Shown here piece after piece: positions 10,757 to 22,970 of a stretch of 64,000 nt of DNA. Where the stretch lies: positions 2,418,001 through 2,482,000 of the forward strand of contig BQFW01000004.1 of the NCBI GenBank assembly GCA_020891255.1. Direction: 5' to 3'. The notes beneath the pieces were generated by a model. That model was not told the DNA's origin, ran no database searches, and saw nothing but the letters and a program-made list of their open reading frames with translations. Numbering within the stretch: the stretch's first letter is position 1; the number at the start of each line of letters is the position of its first letter. Made by a program: the position numbers and the translations under genes. This DNA comes from Entomortierella parvispora E1425 (Eukaryota; Fungi; Mortierellomycota).

Positions 10757-13700
10757 CTATCGTCGTTGCTGCAAAAGATCTTGAGCATAGACCCGCGCAT
10801 CGCTCACAAAATCGTACAGTCCTTCTCGACATCCGCTTTCTTCCGCAAGACGCTGTAGACCCACCCAGAGCTGCTCCTTGACAGCGTCTGGGAAGACCAG
10901 TCCAGCATACATGGCCGGACTATCGATACCATTGGAGAAGGACCCTGGAGAGGATCCTCCATGACCACCATTGGATCCGAGATCCGTGGCCGAAAGCACC
11001 TGTGCGACCTGTAGCTCTGCCACAATCCTCTTCAAATCTCCATGCCAAACGCTCAAGAACGATCCTGCTGCTGGTTCTCCTTGTGATCCCAAAAATCCAT
11101 TCGCAGGATCTCCTTGGTCCAGTCCAGAAAGTCGTCTGGAGGACAAGGACGAGATCGACCCGGACGAGTCCTTGACCATCAAATGGATCAAATCCGCCAT
11201 CTCTTCTAGTAACAGATCCTGTCCATGACTCAGCGCCAGTCGGAACAAAATTTGTAAAAACTCGAACCGGAACCGTGTCTGGAAATCCTCTCGATCAAAC
11301 AGTCGGCAGAGGTGCGATTGATGCATCTCTCGTAAAATCTCGATCGATTGACGGACAACATCTGGTTCGGGTCGATGTAGTCCTTGGGCCAAAGTTTCTA
11401 AACAACCTTGGAGTGCTTCCTGACTGCACGGGTCCATAGCTGCCACCGCGGTTGTTGCTCCTGATCCTGATATTGACACTCCTGCTTTGGAGTTTAGGGT
11501 GTGAGAAAAGAAGTATCGGCTATGGTTCAGGACCATGGTCTTGATTGTTGACAGATATAAATTCATCAGCTCCAAGACTCCATTGTCGGAATCATCCTTG
11601 GAGCGCTCCTGAGGCAGCGGCGAGGATGACAAGGACGTCAAAGGCGACCCCATTTTCGTTCCGGTGCCCATCAACTTTGGACCGAGTTGAAGAAACAAGA
11701 ACCGTGCGAATTCGGGTAGAGCGCCTGTCACCTCCTTCTTTGAGATTTCCAAAACAGCTCTGATAATCTCAACTGACGCCTTGGTCCGGTCCAGAATCAT
11801 CTTTTGGTGTTCTGCAAATGACCTTTGTTGGCGTTGTGGGTCCAAGGGTGCTGTCATCAGGGCTGTGTCCAGCAATGATGGACTAGACGTCGTGAGCTGA
11901 TCCATCAGGAATCGAGCGATCGACAGACCGCGTGTCGCGCTAGTGAGGCGATTAAGGCTCTTGATCTCTACCTTGTAGAATCGCAAGATGTCCATATAGA
12001 TATCTATGGAACATATAACGAGAGTATCAGGTCAGTAGGGACATTTTAGGAAATTTTGGTGAAAAAGCCTCAAAGAGAAGTTGCCATGGTTTTTACCCTG
12101 GTCATCCCGATAAATCTTTAGGTATTGTTCAGCGTAGTGGATCATGAATTTCGAAGCTTCAAACACCATTCCTCTAGGCGTATCCGATGCTTCACTAACA
12201 GAAGCCACCACGGCTCTAAAGATGACCAAGGACCGATGGAAAGTGGATCGCAACTCTGGATTCGACCAATAAGTTGGTTGATTTGCACGAGGGTCTTCCA
12301 ACAGATCCTGAAAAGGCTGCGCTATTGGTGCAAGAAAGCGGGCAAGTGCCTAAATCAAAGCATGCAAAAAAAAAAAAAAAAAAAAAAAAACATTAGAATT
12401 ACACGGGAATAGATCATACAGTCATTTCCAGCCTAGCCGACCATGATGCCATACCGGAATAGAGACTGGGACGTGGAGATTGTCGTCCACTCCAAGAACC
12501 AGTCCATACGTGACTGCAGTGAACGCCAGCTGAAATAGTTCATCAGTAGGCGTTACACCTTCTCGATCCAGCGACTCATCCTCTTCTTGTCCACCGTTCA
12601 AAATCGATACAGGGAACTCTGTCCCCATGAAGTCCCCATTCAGCATCACGTTCTGATGAAGACACGAGACGAATCCTTGAATCGGCTCCAAGTCCCAAAA
12701 CGCAATCTTGTCACCCTCATTCATTGTCGGCATTCGAACTTGGAGCGTCAACCATCGAAGTGAGGTCATAGATGCGTGTAGGAGCTTTCGATCCATGGGG
12801 GAACAAGACGTTGAAACAGGTCCCAAAAACGTGTTCATAAGCGCCGGCGCTCCTGCCGGGATGGCAGGTGCTTGTTGCAATAGAGGTACAGCGGAAGAGG
12901 ATGGGAGCAGCGATTTGAAGAGACTGCACAAAATCTGAATAAGTTCCCGGTATATGTCCTGAGCGATGGGGCCAGGACTGGTATGTACATTTGAGTTTGT
13001 CTCGGCCTGTCGAAGTTGTTCCAGCCACGGAATTAGAGGCATTAGGGAATGCAACAACGCCAGCGTTCTAAATGATTCATGGTTCCATTGACTTGTTAGA
13101 GCCACAAAGAGTCAAGTGCAATAAAAACAGGCGGATATCTCAAAAAAAAAAAAAAAAAAAAGCCCGCTTACATTGATCCCGTTAGTTCAGCCTCATCTTT
13201 TCCTGGACTGCTTGCTCCTCCGACTGCACCATAGTACTCAATAGATATCCTTGTCATCCGTGTTAGGCTCACAAAGAGGTTGGATGTGTATTGGCGCGTT
13301 CGGTCAAAGTTTTGCTGAAAGTTGTATGCAATTCGTGTCAATATCCCCAGCGTCACAGGCAGCTATTGAGATGTATTATAGAGCTGTCAGTTTCAAAGTC
13401 GGCTGCAAGAAGATCACCGCAAGACTGGACCTTGAAGTTTCAGTACTTACCGTTTTACACTCGCCAATATCTCGCCTCGAATATGTGTCAAGTTGTTGAT
13501 GAAGTAACGGGTTCTAAAAAATAGATTCAACACATGGATACGTCGTTAGATCTTTGGACCAGCGTAATAGGTCCAGGTTTGTTACGAAGGGAGCCTGTTC
13601 TTACCAGCATTTCGATGACCTCGTCTATAAAGACTTCGCCTATAAGTCCTGCAAAGCTCTCGACCAATTCAGTTAAAACCTCCAAGTCTTCCTCGTCCTC

Positions 13701-15918
13701 GACTTCAAATGTCGAAAAGGCCTCTTCAGACTGGGTGGCTCCTTTCATTTCATAAAAGTTGTTGACGAGCGACGACAAAAAGAACAAAAGTGGAGCCTGC
13801 AGTCGTCGCAAGGGATGTTCAGTCGGTATAGGTCGCGGTAGCTCAGAGGCACTGTAGATCATCGCGTCTAAAACTCCTTTCCAAATGTCCATGCATGCCT
13901 TCAGATAATCCACTGACACCTATTTGAGAAATCCAGGAATGAGAAAAGTGCGGTCTAAGAATCTAGTCTTTTCAATCACATCAGAATGACTTTGGGAAGC
14001 TCTCGTACCTTCTCAAGGGTGAACTTTGCAAACGAATGGAGGAAATCAGCAACGGGCAATCCTTGCTCCCGCTCAGCCCGCTCGAGATGCGGCAAAGTAC
14101 AGAAAATGGCAACAAAATGCATAAACATTTGCAGGTATCTATAAGAGAGACACACATCAGAAAAAAAAAAACGTCTTGATTTCATGTCATGGAAAAGCAC
14201 TTCACAACTTTGAGTGGTTTCCTTACCCTTCATCAATATCGTCAATGCCATCCTTGACTTCATTGAAATACCGGATGAGGCTGGACATGATCTTGATTGA
14301 TCCCGCCATCGCTTCTTGGTTCGTCGCCAAGAACCCTGGTCTGGCTACAAGTCCGTTCAAACAGCTTAATGCCAAAATGCCCAAATCCACGGTCTTGTTT
14401 TGATGAAGTGTTGAAAACTTGAGAACGGTGGCGATCGCTCCAGAAAATGAAGTCTGTTTAGCATCCAATGCCGGGCAGGAGAGGAGAGCCGTGAGAGCCT
14501 TCAATGCCAACAGACATGTCTTTCGAGTGTGCGAGTCCATTCTGCTGCCGCTTACAAATGTCGCATCGACGGATCCACGCCTGCTTTGCATTGCTGCCGC
14601 ATTGATTGAATTTCTCCTCATTGCCATTTGTCCCAGCTCACTAATAGATCCCATTCTCTGTCGAGCATGAAGCATATGTAGTCCTGATCCTTGCGCAGGG
14701 GATGGCGGGGGCATTGTGGCGTCATCATCCATCCCTAAACTCGGTCCTCCAAGGAACTGTGATAGCGTTTTACGCAATGCTGTCGTGGGAGACTTTCCGA
14801 ACGAATAGGCTGCTCCTTGATCTTGCGATTGACTGATAAACGACGATCCTGATCCTGAGCCATTGAAGTTTGCGAAAGAGTTACTGATTGATCCAGGCAC
14901 GGCTCGAGCCCCAAAATACGAACTGCTGTTCGGCATCAAAGGCGACAGGGGCTGTGCCGCCGCGCTCGGCCGTCGTCCATAGTTGGTTGTACCACCCCAA
15001 ATGCCATTCTCAACTGGCGAAGGTGCAGGTGCTTCTGTGGCGAGTGGTGCCACTAATGTCCTGTTGTAGCTGGTATCGAGATGTTGGACCATAAGAGCCA
15101 TGAGTTCTGGAACCTGTCCTTTGAAATGCTCCCACAAGTACCGTTGTCGCTGAGAAAGCACAAAGCGGAGACGATGGGAGGCCCCTGATCCAGGAATTGG
15201 GTACGTTGCTATGAGTTCCTGAACAAAGGCCTCCAGCAAAGTCCAGCCCAATAATGCATGGTTCTTGTTCTTGCTCTGGATGAGGGTCAATATCTCTGGA
15301 AGCAGCTCTGGGAATCGATCTGGCCAATCGAGCAGCGCAATGTCCGTGACGAGCTGGATGATTTTGTTGAGGACGAAGGGCGGGAAGGTCCTTGGCGACT
15401 CTGGAGACTTTGAGCCGTGGAGGTTCCCCGCGCCGTTTGCTTCCATGGGTCCCAGACTCGCCCACCTTCCTTGCTCTGGCGCGACTGCTCCAAAGTGCTG
15501 GCTCAGAAAGTGGAGAAGAAACGATCGGTTGCTCTGTTGCACTCCAGGGTCGAGGCCACTCCATTCCGCGTGGATTCGCTTTTGGAATTGGGAAGCAGCA
15601 TACCAGGCGAGGAGATCAGACGGTCCATTGGACAACATGAATCGGCAGTCGTCCAGTGTGGGTCGCTGTGTTTCCAGTTGCAGCTCTAAATGACAATCAG
15701 AAAAAGGTTGGATCTGTCAGCATGGACACGTTTTTGGAAGCAGAGAGCATTTCAATCCAAACACATTTTCCGCTCACGCGAGCCGCAGCGCGACATGGAT
15801 GCATGAGCATGTGGAGACACAAAGCATGGCACAGGGGCACAGTACCGATAGACCTCTTGCGGTCTGTGGATGTGCTGGGCCCAAAGAACTCGGCCAGCAG
15901 TCGCTCGAGCGCATCCAT
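10757..15918 (-). CDS. XPO6: Exportin-6-like karyopherin (importin-beta superfamily), multi-exon
   Basis: N-terminus MDALERLLAEFFGPSTSTDRKRSI, then FVLNKIIQLVTDIALLDWPDRFPELLPEILTLIQS, TCLLALKALTALLS and C-terminal LQILFRLALSHGQDLLLEEMADLIHLM. These parallel the metazoan XPO6 segments as I recall them (LESLMTEFF..RKREI; RNKLCKVIVDIGRQDWP; SHDLLQEEI). Exons correspond to ORFs 14223-15638, 13976-14263, 13527-13919, 13168-13356, 12422-13105, 12032-12301 and 10757-11995. Confidence 0.8.
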
Positions 15919-15999
15919 CTGGGAGGAAGGGAGGGAGGGAGGGAGGGGCGGATGTGGAGTAGGAAAGGATGGGCGAAGCGCGGGTGCGGACAATGCATT

Positions 16000-16140
16000 C
16001 AAGAGTGGAGGAGACAAGAACAGCAGGAAGAAGGAAGGAAAAAAAAAAAAAAAAAAAAAAGTGAGCAGACAGACAGACAGACGGACAGACAGATGGCGTG
16101 GTGGCACGACACGCTTTTCTCTCTCTCTCTCTCTCTCTCT
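16000..16140. repeat. Poly(A), (GACA)n and (CT)n microsatellites in the XPO6 5' flank
   Basis: Directly visible; source of several spurious ORFs at 15656-16396. Confidence 0.85.
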
Positions 16141-16447
16141 CTGTCCTCGGCTCCTTCGCTCCCCGCTCCGTTCCCATGTTCCCATGTTCCCATGGACACA
16201 GCCGAGAGCACTCGCTTGGCTTGATTCGACTATGACCAGAGCACCCCCGTCTCTGTCCGCACCCACGGGAAAGAATCCCTTCTTCCTGGCCCCTGGCCTG
16301 GCCTGGCCTGGTGTAAAAAAGCGAGGTACTGTTGGTACTTGGATGGAACTACGCCGAAAATCTGTATTTACATCATGTTCACTCTCTCGAAATTAGAACT
16401 TTGTTCAGTTCCTATTTTTCTCTTTCTCTTGTCTTTTTCTTTTCCGC

Positions 16448-19400
16448 TTAAACCAGGTAGCCCTTGGTCACCAGCCACTGACGGACATCCTCCGCGTCAC
16501 GGGCAACCCACTTGGCGTTGGAACGAACAACCTCCAAGCTCTGTGCAATGGGGCGCGAGATATCGTCAACGTTCTTGCCCTCAAAGAACTTTTCGCAGTC
16601 CTTTGCCATCTCCTCGCTTGAGAATCGGCCGACACCGCTCTTGACAATGTTGCCGAGAAGGGCCATCGAACCCTCGTATCTCTTGTTGAGCATGTCCCAG
16701 TTTGCCTTGATGTATTCCCAGAGGTCGTGGCGACTGGTTGGGTTGCGCGACAATCTAAATGTCAAAAATTATAAGTCAAGATGACATCTATGTCTACTTT
16801 TTGCCTCTCTTGCAACCAAAAGCACCAGGCACTTACCCTCCGAAAAAGTATCCAATATCCTGGGCCTTGACTTCGTCCGACACTGAGATCTCAAGCAGCT
16901 GCTTCACCAAAGCAGGGTTGCGAACGGTCGTCAGTGCACCAATGGCTGCCAACTTTTGATCCGTCGCAGTGGCATCACGCCAGCACTTGAGGACGCTCTC
17001 AAAGTCAGAGTCCTCACCATGAAGAACAACAATCTCGAAAGCAGCACTCTGCAAGTTTTGGTTCAGGGCCTTGGCATCTCCTCCAATGTACGAAGCGAAT
17101 CGCTTCTGAGCCTCCTTGACCATTGCCTCGTCACCAGCGCAACCAGCGTTAGTCAAAAGCAACTTGCGCAACAAGGTGGAGCGGTAGTCGTCAGTCGCCT
17201 TGGATTCCCAGCCCAGCTTGGCGGCAGCCTTGGAGAACAAGGCTCTCTGGAACTTCTCCAATGCCTTCTGGAAATCCTCTGGCTGTTGGTAGAACACGGA
17301 CGAGATGACGTTGACGCGCTCAGCAATAGCGACCCAGACAACGTATTGATCCTCCTCTTCAAAGGACTCGAGCAACTCCAGGAGCGAGCTGGTCTTGACA
17401 TGACCACTCTTGCTGAGGGCTCCCAAGTCAGCCAAAAGACCAACGCGATCACCAGGGGTGAAAAGAGGGTCCTTGGCCTTGATCGATTGACTAATACGAG
17501 TCAACGCAGTGGCGGGGTAAGCGGTACGGAAGAAGCCGTTGTAACCAGAGTTCACCTTGTAGTGTCCACTCTTTCCAAGATTGACGACGAGAGAATCCTC
17601 TTTCAGCAAAGGCCTGTTCTGCTTGCTGTCGCTGTTCTCGGGCTCAATGCCCAAGGGGATGGTCCAGCGTGCGGTATCCTCCTCGGCAGTCAAATCTCCA
17701 GAGGACAAGTAGCGCGACTGCTTGAAAGTCAATGCGCTCGCGTCGGCATTCTCTTCGACATCCACAACGGGGTACTATTTAAAAAAGAATCAATGTCAAG
17801 ATTAGGACACAGGACTGACGTAGGTACCACTTTACTGTTCAAATACAATCAAGTACTTACGCCAACTTGCTTGATCCAAGCATTCATGAACAGTCCGACA
17901 TCAACTCCAGATTCTTCACTAAGGGCAGCCCACAGGTCCTCAGTGCTGGTGTTCTTGTATGCGTGCTTCTTAATGTAGCGGCGGATACCGGCTAAGAACA
18001 CGTCCAATCCCAACCAGGAGCTCAGCATGCGGATACAAGAAGCTCCCTTGTAATAACTGATGGCGTCAAAGATCTGGTGAATCTCGTGGGGGTGCTTGCA
18101 TGGGACCTCGATAGGGTGACTGCTGCGAAGTCCATCCAAGGCCAAACCCATCTGGAATCCATCAGCAATGAAATAGGACCAGTTGTCCCACTCTGGGAAG
18201 AACTTGGACACTGCCAAGTTGCCGACCCAGGTAGCAAAGCCCTCGTTCAACCAGAGGTAATCCCACCAGTCCATAGTGACCAAGTTTCCAAACCATTGAT
18301 GGGCAATCTCGTGGCAGATAGTGTACTATGCAATCCAGAAAGAAGGAAAGAGCATGGTTAGATGTTTGTGGGTTAGAAGTTTGTGGCATAGATCATAGAC
18401 AAAGTCGCACAGTCTCGTAGAGTCTCTTACGGCAATATGGCGTTTGTAGCTCAGATCACTCGTCTTCTCGTTGAAGAGAAGACGAATGGCACGATAGGTA
18501 ACCAAGCCCCAGTTCTCCATGGCACCAGACTCGAAATCAGGGATGGTAATCAAATCCATCTTGGGGAGAGGGTATGCAACGCCAAACAGTTCCGTAAAGT
18601 ACTCCAAGGCAAGTGGGGTAACTGAAAGAGCAAACTCGGCCTCCTCAGTCTTTCCAGGAAGAACATAGACACGGCAGGTGATGGGCTGGGGAAGGTTCTT
18701 GGTCACAGTTTCGATGTACTCAAACTTTCCGACAATGAAGGCAACCAACTAAAATGACAGGTAAGAGTACTTTTAGTAGGAAGTTGCAAGTCTGATCCAT
18801 GATCGGGCGGGACGGCAAAAATAAACGTACGTAGGTGCTCATGACGGGGGTGGTGGCAAACTTGACTTCTTTGCGAGATCCAGTGTATCCCGACACAGCG
18901 TCACCCTTCTGCGTGGAGGGGACATCCCCCTTTTGAGTCGAGGGAACGTCACCCTTCTGGGTAGAAGGAACATCTCCCTTTTGAGTGGAAGGAACGTCTC
19001 CCTTTTGAGTGGAAGGAACGTCTCCCTTCTGAGTCGAGGGAACATCTCCCTTCTGAGTTGAGGGAACATCTCCCTTCTGAGATGAGGGAACATCTCCCTT
19101 CTGAGTCGAGGGAACATCTCCCTTCTGAGTCGAGGGCTCGCCATCGGGCCCCTTGGTAGAATCGCCCTTCTTTCCACTGTGTCTAATATCCTTCTCAGAG
19201 ATGACGTTCATGTTGGACAAGGCAACTAAGTCCGAGGGGACGCGCAACGTGATGTCAAAAGTTGCTTTGATCGCAGGCTGAAAGGTTTCAGGGGCAAAGG
19301 AAAAAAAAAAAGGTCAAAAGGTCAGTCGCCAAGCGCGACAAAAAAAAAAAAAAAGGAACCCTGGCGAAACCTTTTTTTTTTACCTCATCCCAGCAAGGGA

Positions 19401-19991
19401 AAGCTTTGCGAGCATCCGTTGCTTCGAACTGTGTGGTGGCGATGTAGTGAGTCTTGCCATCGTTGTCCTTGAAGGAACTTCTGTAAAAGCCATTCATGCT
19501 CTCGTTGAGGATGCCCTTGAAGACAATATGGAGAACGGCGGTCGATCCGGGCTGAAGTTCATCCGCAAACGTCAACGTGGCAGTCTCGTTGGTCTTGTCG
19601 AGAGTAATGTCAGTTGCCTCTTGACTATACACCACCACAGGAGAGAGAAGAGCCACACGTGTTAACAATCGGTGACTCTTTGCAAGAAAGAAAGGTAAAA
19701 ATACGCGTTGCCCTTGGATCAACGAGAGACCAAGACACTTCTATCCAACGAGATCGATGATATATACCTCGACTCGGTCTTCAAAGCGAGGTTCGTAAGC
19801 TTGGCCGAGACGATAGTAAGCTGGTTGCTGTTAAGGGTAATTGCGGTGGTGGGCTGGTTGACATCGAGATTGATCAGGACATGGCCATGGAATGTAAAGT
19901 TGACCAGGTCCGGTGAAAGGGTGAGGTCGTAGTGGGTAGGTCTGACATTGGTGGGGAGCACGACGCGTCCTGTTCCGGCATGAGGGTCCAT
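16448..19991 (-). CDS. M1-family zinc aminopeptidase (puromycin-sensitive/Ape2-like, no signal peptide), multi-exon
   Basis: [69 protein letters not shown] (HEXXH-x18-E), ISYYKGAS and an ERAP1-like C-terminal region. Confidence 0.96.
18897..19136 (-). repeat. Coding minisatellite, 10 x 24 bp, encoding (PS[T/S]QKGD[V/A])10 inside the aminopeptidase exon 18831-19277
   Basis: Ten units counted directly. 240 nt, in frame, between [10 protein letters not shown] and [14 protein letters not shown]. Confidence 0.97.
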
Positions 19992-20437
19992 TGTGGCGAA
20001 GATTGCTTGCTGAGGAGGGGGGAGAGGAGAGAGAGAGAAGGTGGAGAAGAAAAAGAGGAGGAAGAGGAGCACAAAACAGCCAGAGAGCATTGTCGGGTGA
20101 ACAGTCTCCTTGGCCAGTCGGATGTGGGGACCGTGACGAGTCTGATGATTTCGTGGGAAAATGGATTTTTATGGTCTCTTTTTTTTTTTAGCTCGATAAG
20201 AACAAGATATTGGCCTGGCAGACGGGGCTCAATTGCAAGACGAACATATATGAACGCTGGCTGCTGCTGCTGTTTTGCTATTGCTGTTGCAGGGGACGAA
20301 GAATGATTGACTAACTGAACTGAACTGAGCTGAACCTGTGGATTGCTGACGGGTTGACTATACAAAATAAAGAAATGCTGATGCTGAACAGGGAAAACAC
20401 GAATCGAAGGGTGCACAAAATGAAGGTGGCTGCTACT

Positions 20438-21988
20438 TTAAATGTAGAGCTCGGTCGAGCCCGCAACCATTCTTCCGAGGAGAAGTGCGGTTGCATGGAT
20501 TCGCAGGGGTGATTCCAGGATAAAGATCCTCAACTCGACCTTGATCGGAGCTTTGACCACGTCCATCTGGTCAATGGCGATATCCGGCATGGGAATCACC
20601 ACCTTGGCAATCTTTTGGACTCCGTCCGAGGTAATATAGCGAGGGTCGTTGTGGTGGCGGTGAGGGTGAGTCGATTGGCCGTTGTCGTTCTTTGCGGTCG
20701 AGGACGGGAACGAAGCTGCAGTCTTGAGCTGGGACTCGGACGAGACCAGGCGTGGACCCCCAGCCCTGCCTCGCGTCGCCTGGCGATCCCCTTCATGGTC
20801 AGATGAGTGGCCAGACGAGTACACAGAGGACGAATAAGAGGAGGTGGAGCCACCACGGTCGCGAGTACCACTCGGCAATGTCGAGGCTGAGGCCACTGTA
20901 GAATCTGGGCTGCGTTCTGCGCCTACAGTGCCATAGAGGATAGTCTCGATTGGGTATGGCCAGGCCTCGCTCCAAAACGTCTTTGTCACGACCTGATCAG
21001 GGCCGAGTTGATCCCCTGGGCGGAAAAAGACGGCAAATCGGTCTTGGCAACGCCAGGAACCATTCGAGGAAGGGAATCGTTTCTGGATCGGGTCCAGGCC
21101 CTCACGCCAACGCATGCTTGACTCAATTCCATAATACTGTGTCGCCACCAGTCCAAGTGGGCGAGGGACGTCCGACGACGTTGTGTCCGACGTCCCTTTT
21201 GCGGTTTCGGATCCGTTGCCGGTGTCTGCTATTGCAGAATCGCGCCCTTGTGCCCTCTGTTGACCTGGTTGTTCGACTGCAGGATTGTTCAGTCTCTGGT
21301 CCGTGGCTCGAGGACCGCGCGTGCGATCGACGCGGCTCAATGAACCCTCTTTTGACTCGGACGTGTTGTGGACACCCCGGCGGCTTGTGCGAATTGGGAC
21401 ACGGCCCAAACTAAGCGACCGCATGGCAGTTGTGGGAAGAGAGGTCGAAAATATTTTCTGGGATCGAGGCGTCGAGGGTGTAGAGAACATGGAGCTAATC
21501 GGGCTAATGGGGCTCGTGGGACTTGTGGGGCTTGTAGGAGTTGAGCCATGGAAGGTGTCATGAGTGTGAAGAAGAGACGGCACAGGCGGGAGACTCTTCT
21601 CCGGGGGGCTGCTCAACCCAATATGGGAGACAATTGAGCGCGGCCTGGGACTAGGTGGTTGCCTTGGTGGGGGTCGAAGAGATACAGCAGGACCTGCCAG
21701 AGGTTTCGGTAACTTGTCGTGGGATGTCATTCTGGGAGTTGTGCGTAGAGAAGGAGACGGAGAGGCGGGAGGCAATAATGTAGACGTTGACGGCAAAGAG
21801 GTTGAAACTGCAGCTATGTTTGGGATTGGTAAAGGTGAGGTTGGGGGAGGGATGGCATCGAGGTCGAGGATGATTCCTTGAGATCGTATAAGTGAGCTTT
21901 TGAACCCTGCTTTTGGGACGGGTGCCTTCACTCTAACTGAGCCTTCGAATGAGCCTGCCGATGTTGTTGCTGGAGTTGCAGTAACCAT
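20438..21988 (-). CDS. Single-exon Pro/Ser-rich protein with a C-terminal HSPA12/Hsp70-12-like beta-sandwich domain and no ATPase domain
   Basis: Long open ORF with likely start MVTATPATT. The C-terminal motifs VATQYYGI..EGLDP..WRCQDRFAVF..GD..TKTF..IETILY..YITSDGVQKIAKVVIPMPD resemble the HSPA12-family C-terminus. Confidence 0.6.
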   Translation of the reverse strand: MVTATPATTSAGSFEGSVRVKAPVPKAGFKSSLIRSQGIILDLDAIPPPTSPLPIPNIAAVSTSLPSTSTLLPPASPSPSLRTTPRMTSHDKLPKPLAGPAVSLRPPPRQPPSPRPRSIVSHIGLSSPPEKSLPPVPSLLHTHDTFHGSTPTSPTSPTSPISPISSMFSTPSTPRSQKIFSTSLPTTAMRSLSLGRVPIRTSRRGVHNTSESKEGSLSRVDRTRGPRATDQRLNNPAVEQPGQQRAQGRDSAIADTGNGSETAKGTSDTTSSDVPRPLGLVATQYYGIESSMRWREGLDPIQKRFPSSNGSWRCQDRFAVFFRPGDQLGPDQVVTKTFWSEAWPYPIETILYGTVGAERSPDSTVASASTLPSGTRDRGGSTSSYSSSVYSSGHSSDHEGDRQATRGRAGGPRLVSSESQLKTAASFPSSTAKNDNGQSTHPHRHHNDPRYITSDGVQKIAKVVIPMPDIAIDQMDVVKAPIKVELRIFILESPLRIHATALLLGRMVAGSTELYI

Positions 21989-22970
21989 GGTGAAGATTGT
22001 AGAGATAATTTGAGGTGGTGAGAGCGCAATAACCGATTGCTTCCAAGTTGCTTCCAAGAAAGTGATTTGGGGTGATAAGAGAAGAGGGTGTGAACAAGAG
22101 GAGGGAAAGAGAGAAGGAAGGAAGGAAGAGAAATATGAAGATGATCGATAAAGCAAGTCCCATCGACAGATAACGCCCTGGAAAGCAGCCATCAATTGAA
22201 CATCCACGGCCCTTCATTTTGACTTCCAATTGCTGTGGTCGTGGTCCAGGACCCGCGGGGGTTGGCCCTACAATGCATGTCCCTCTTTTTAGAGATTACC
22301 GCAAGTGAAAAAAAAAAAAAAAAAAAGCAATTGTCCATGGTTGCACACAGGCTGTGATTTTGGGGCTGGCTTGTGTGGCACATTGCCTGGAGAAGGTGGT
22401 TGGTCCAGCACAAAAGACGGTGCGACAAACAACGAAGGCAGAAAAAGAAAAGGAGACGAGGAAGCGAACACAACGAAAGAGAACTTGGAAAAAGAAAGAA
22501 AATGGTGCAACATTGGCCCATCCAACATCGGTGTGCAGTCCATGTCCCCCGTTCAAGCGATAACAAAGAAGAAATACACTGTTGAGCCTCAGAGTGTGAG
22601 AACAGCACATGCTGGCGCCCATGCAAGCACCGAGCTTGTTCACTTTCTTTGGAGCACACCAAGATTCGCCTGTCGATGGGGACTGAGGGTCTAAAAGTGA
22701 TTTCTCCTTGGAGTTTTCCTTGAGGCTTGACTGATACTTGCTTTCTGTGACCATCGCGTTACTGACTGAGTCATGAAGGGGAGGCGCCTGGGCATGACCG
22801 TTGAATTTTTTTAGCGAGGAAGTTGTCAACAAACATCATTGTCCCGTGGGGACAGTCCTTCCTCCCAATGTTTGCTTTAACCGTCGAACGGGAGCAAGAA
22901 ACATCGGGGAGGACAGGAAGCGAGAAGACGCTATTGTGGTCTTTTGGTATCAAGGACAGTCTTTTTTTTA

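Noticed and set aside
16956-17978. 340-aa plus-strand ORF, and similar long antisense ORFs at 32607-33329, 36954-37511 and 58532-59134
   Set aside because: They are shadows of strongly codon-biased genes on the opposite strand and show no motifs of their own.
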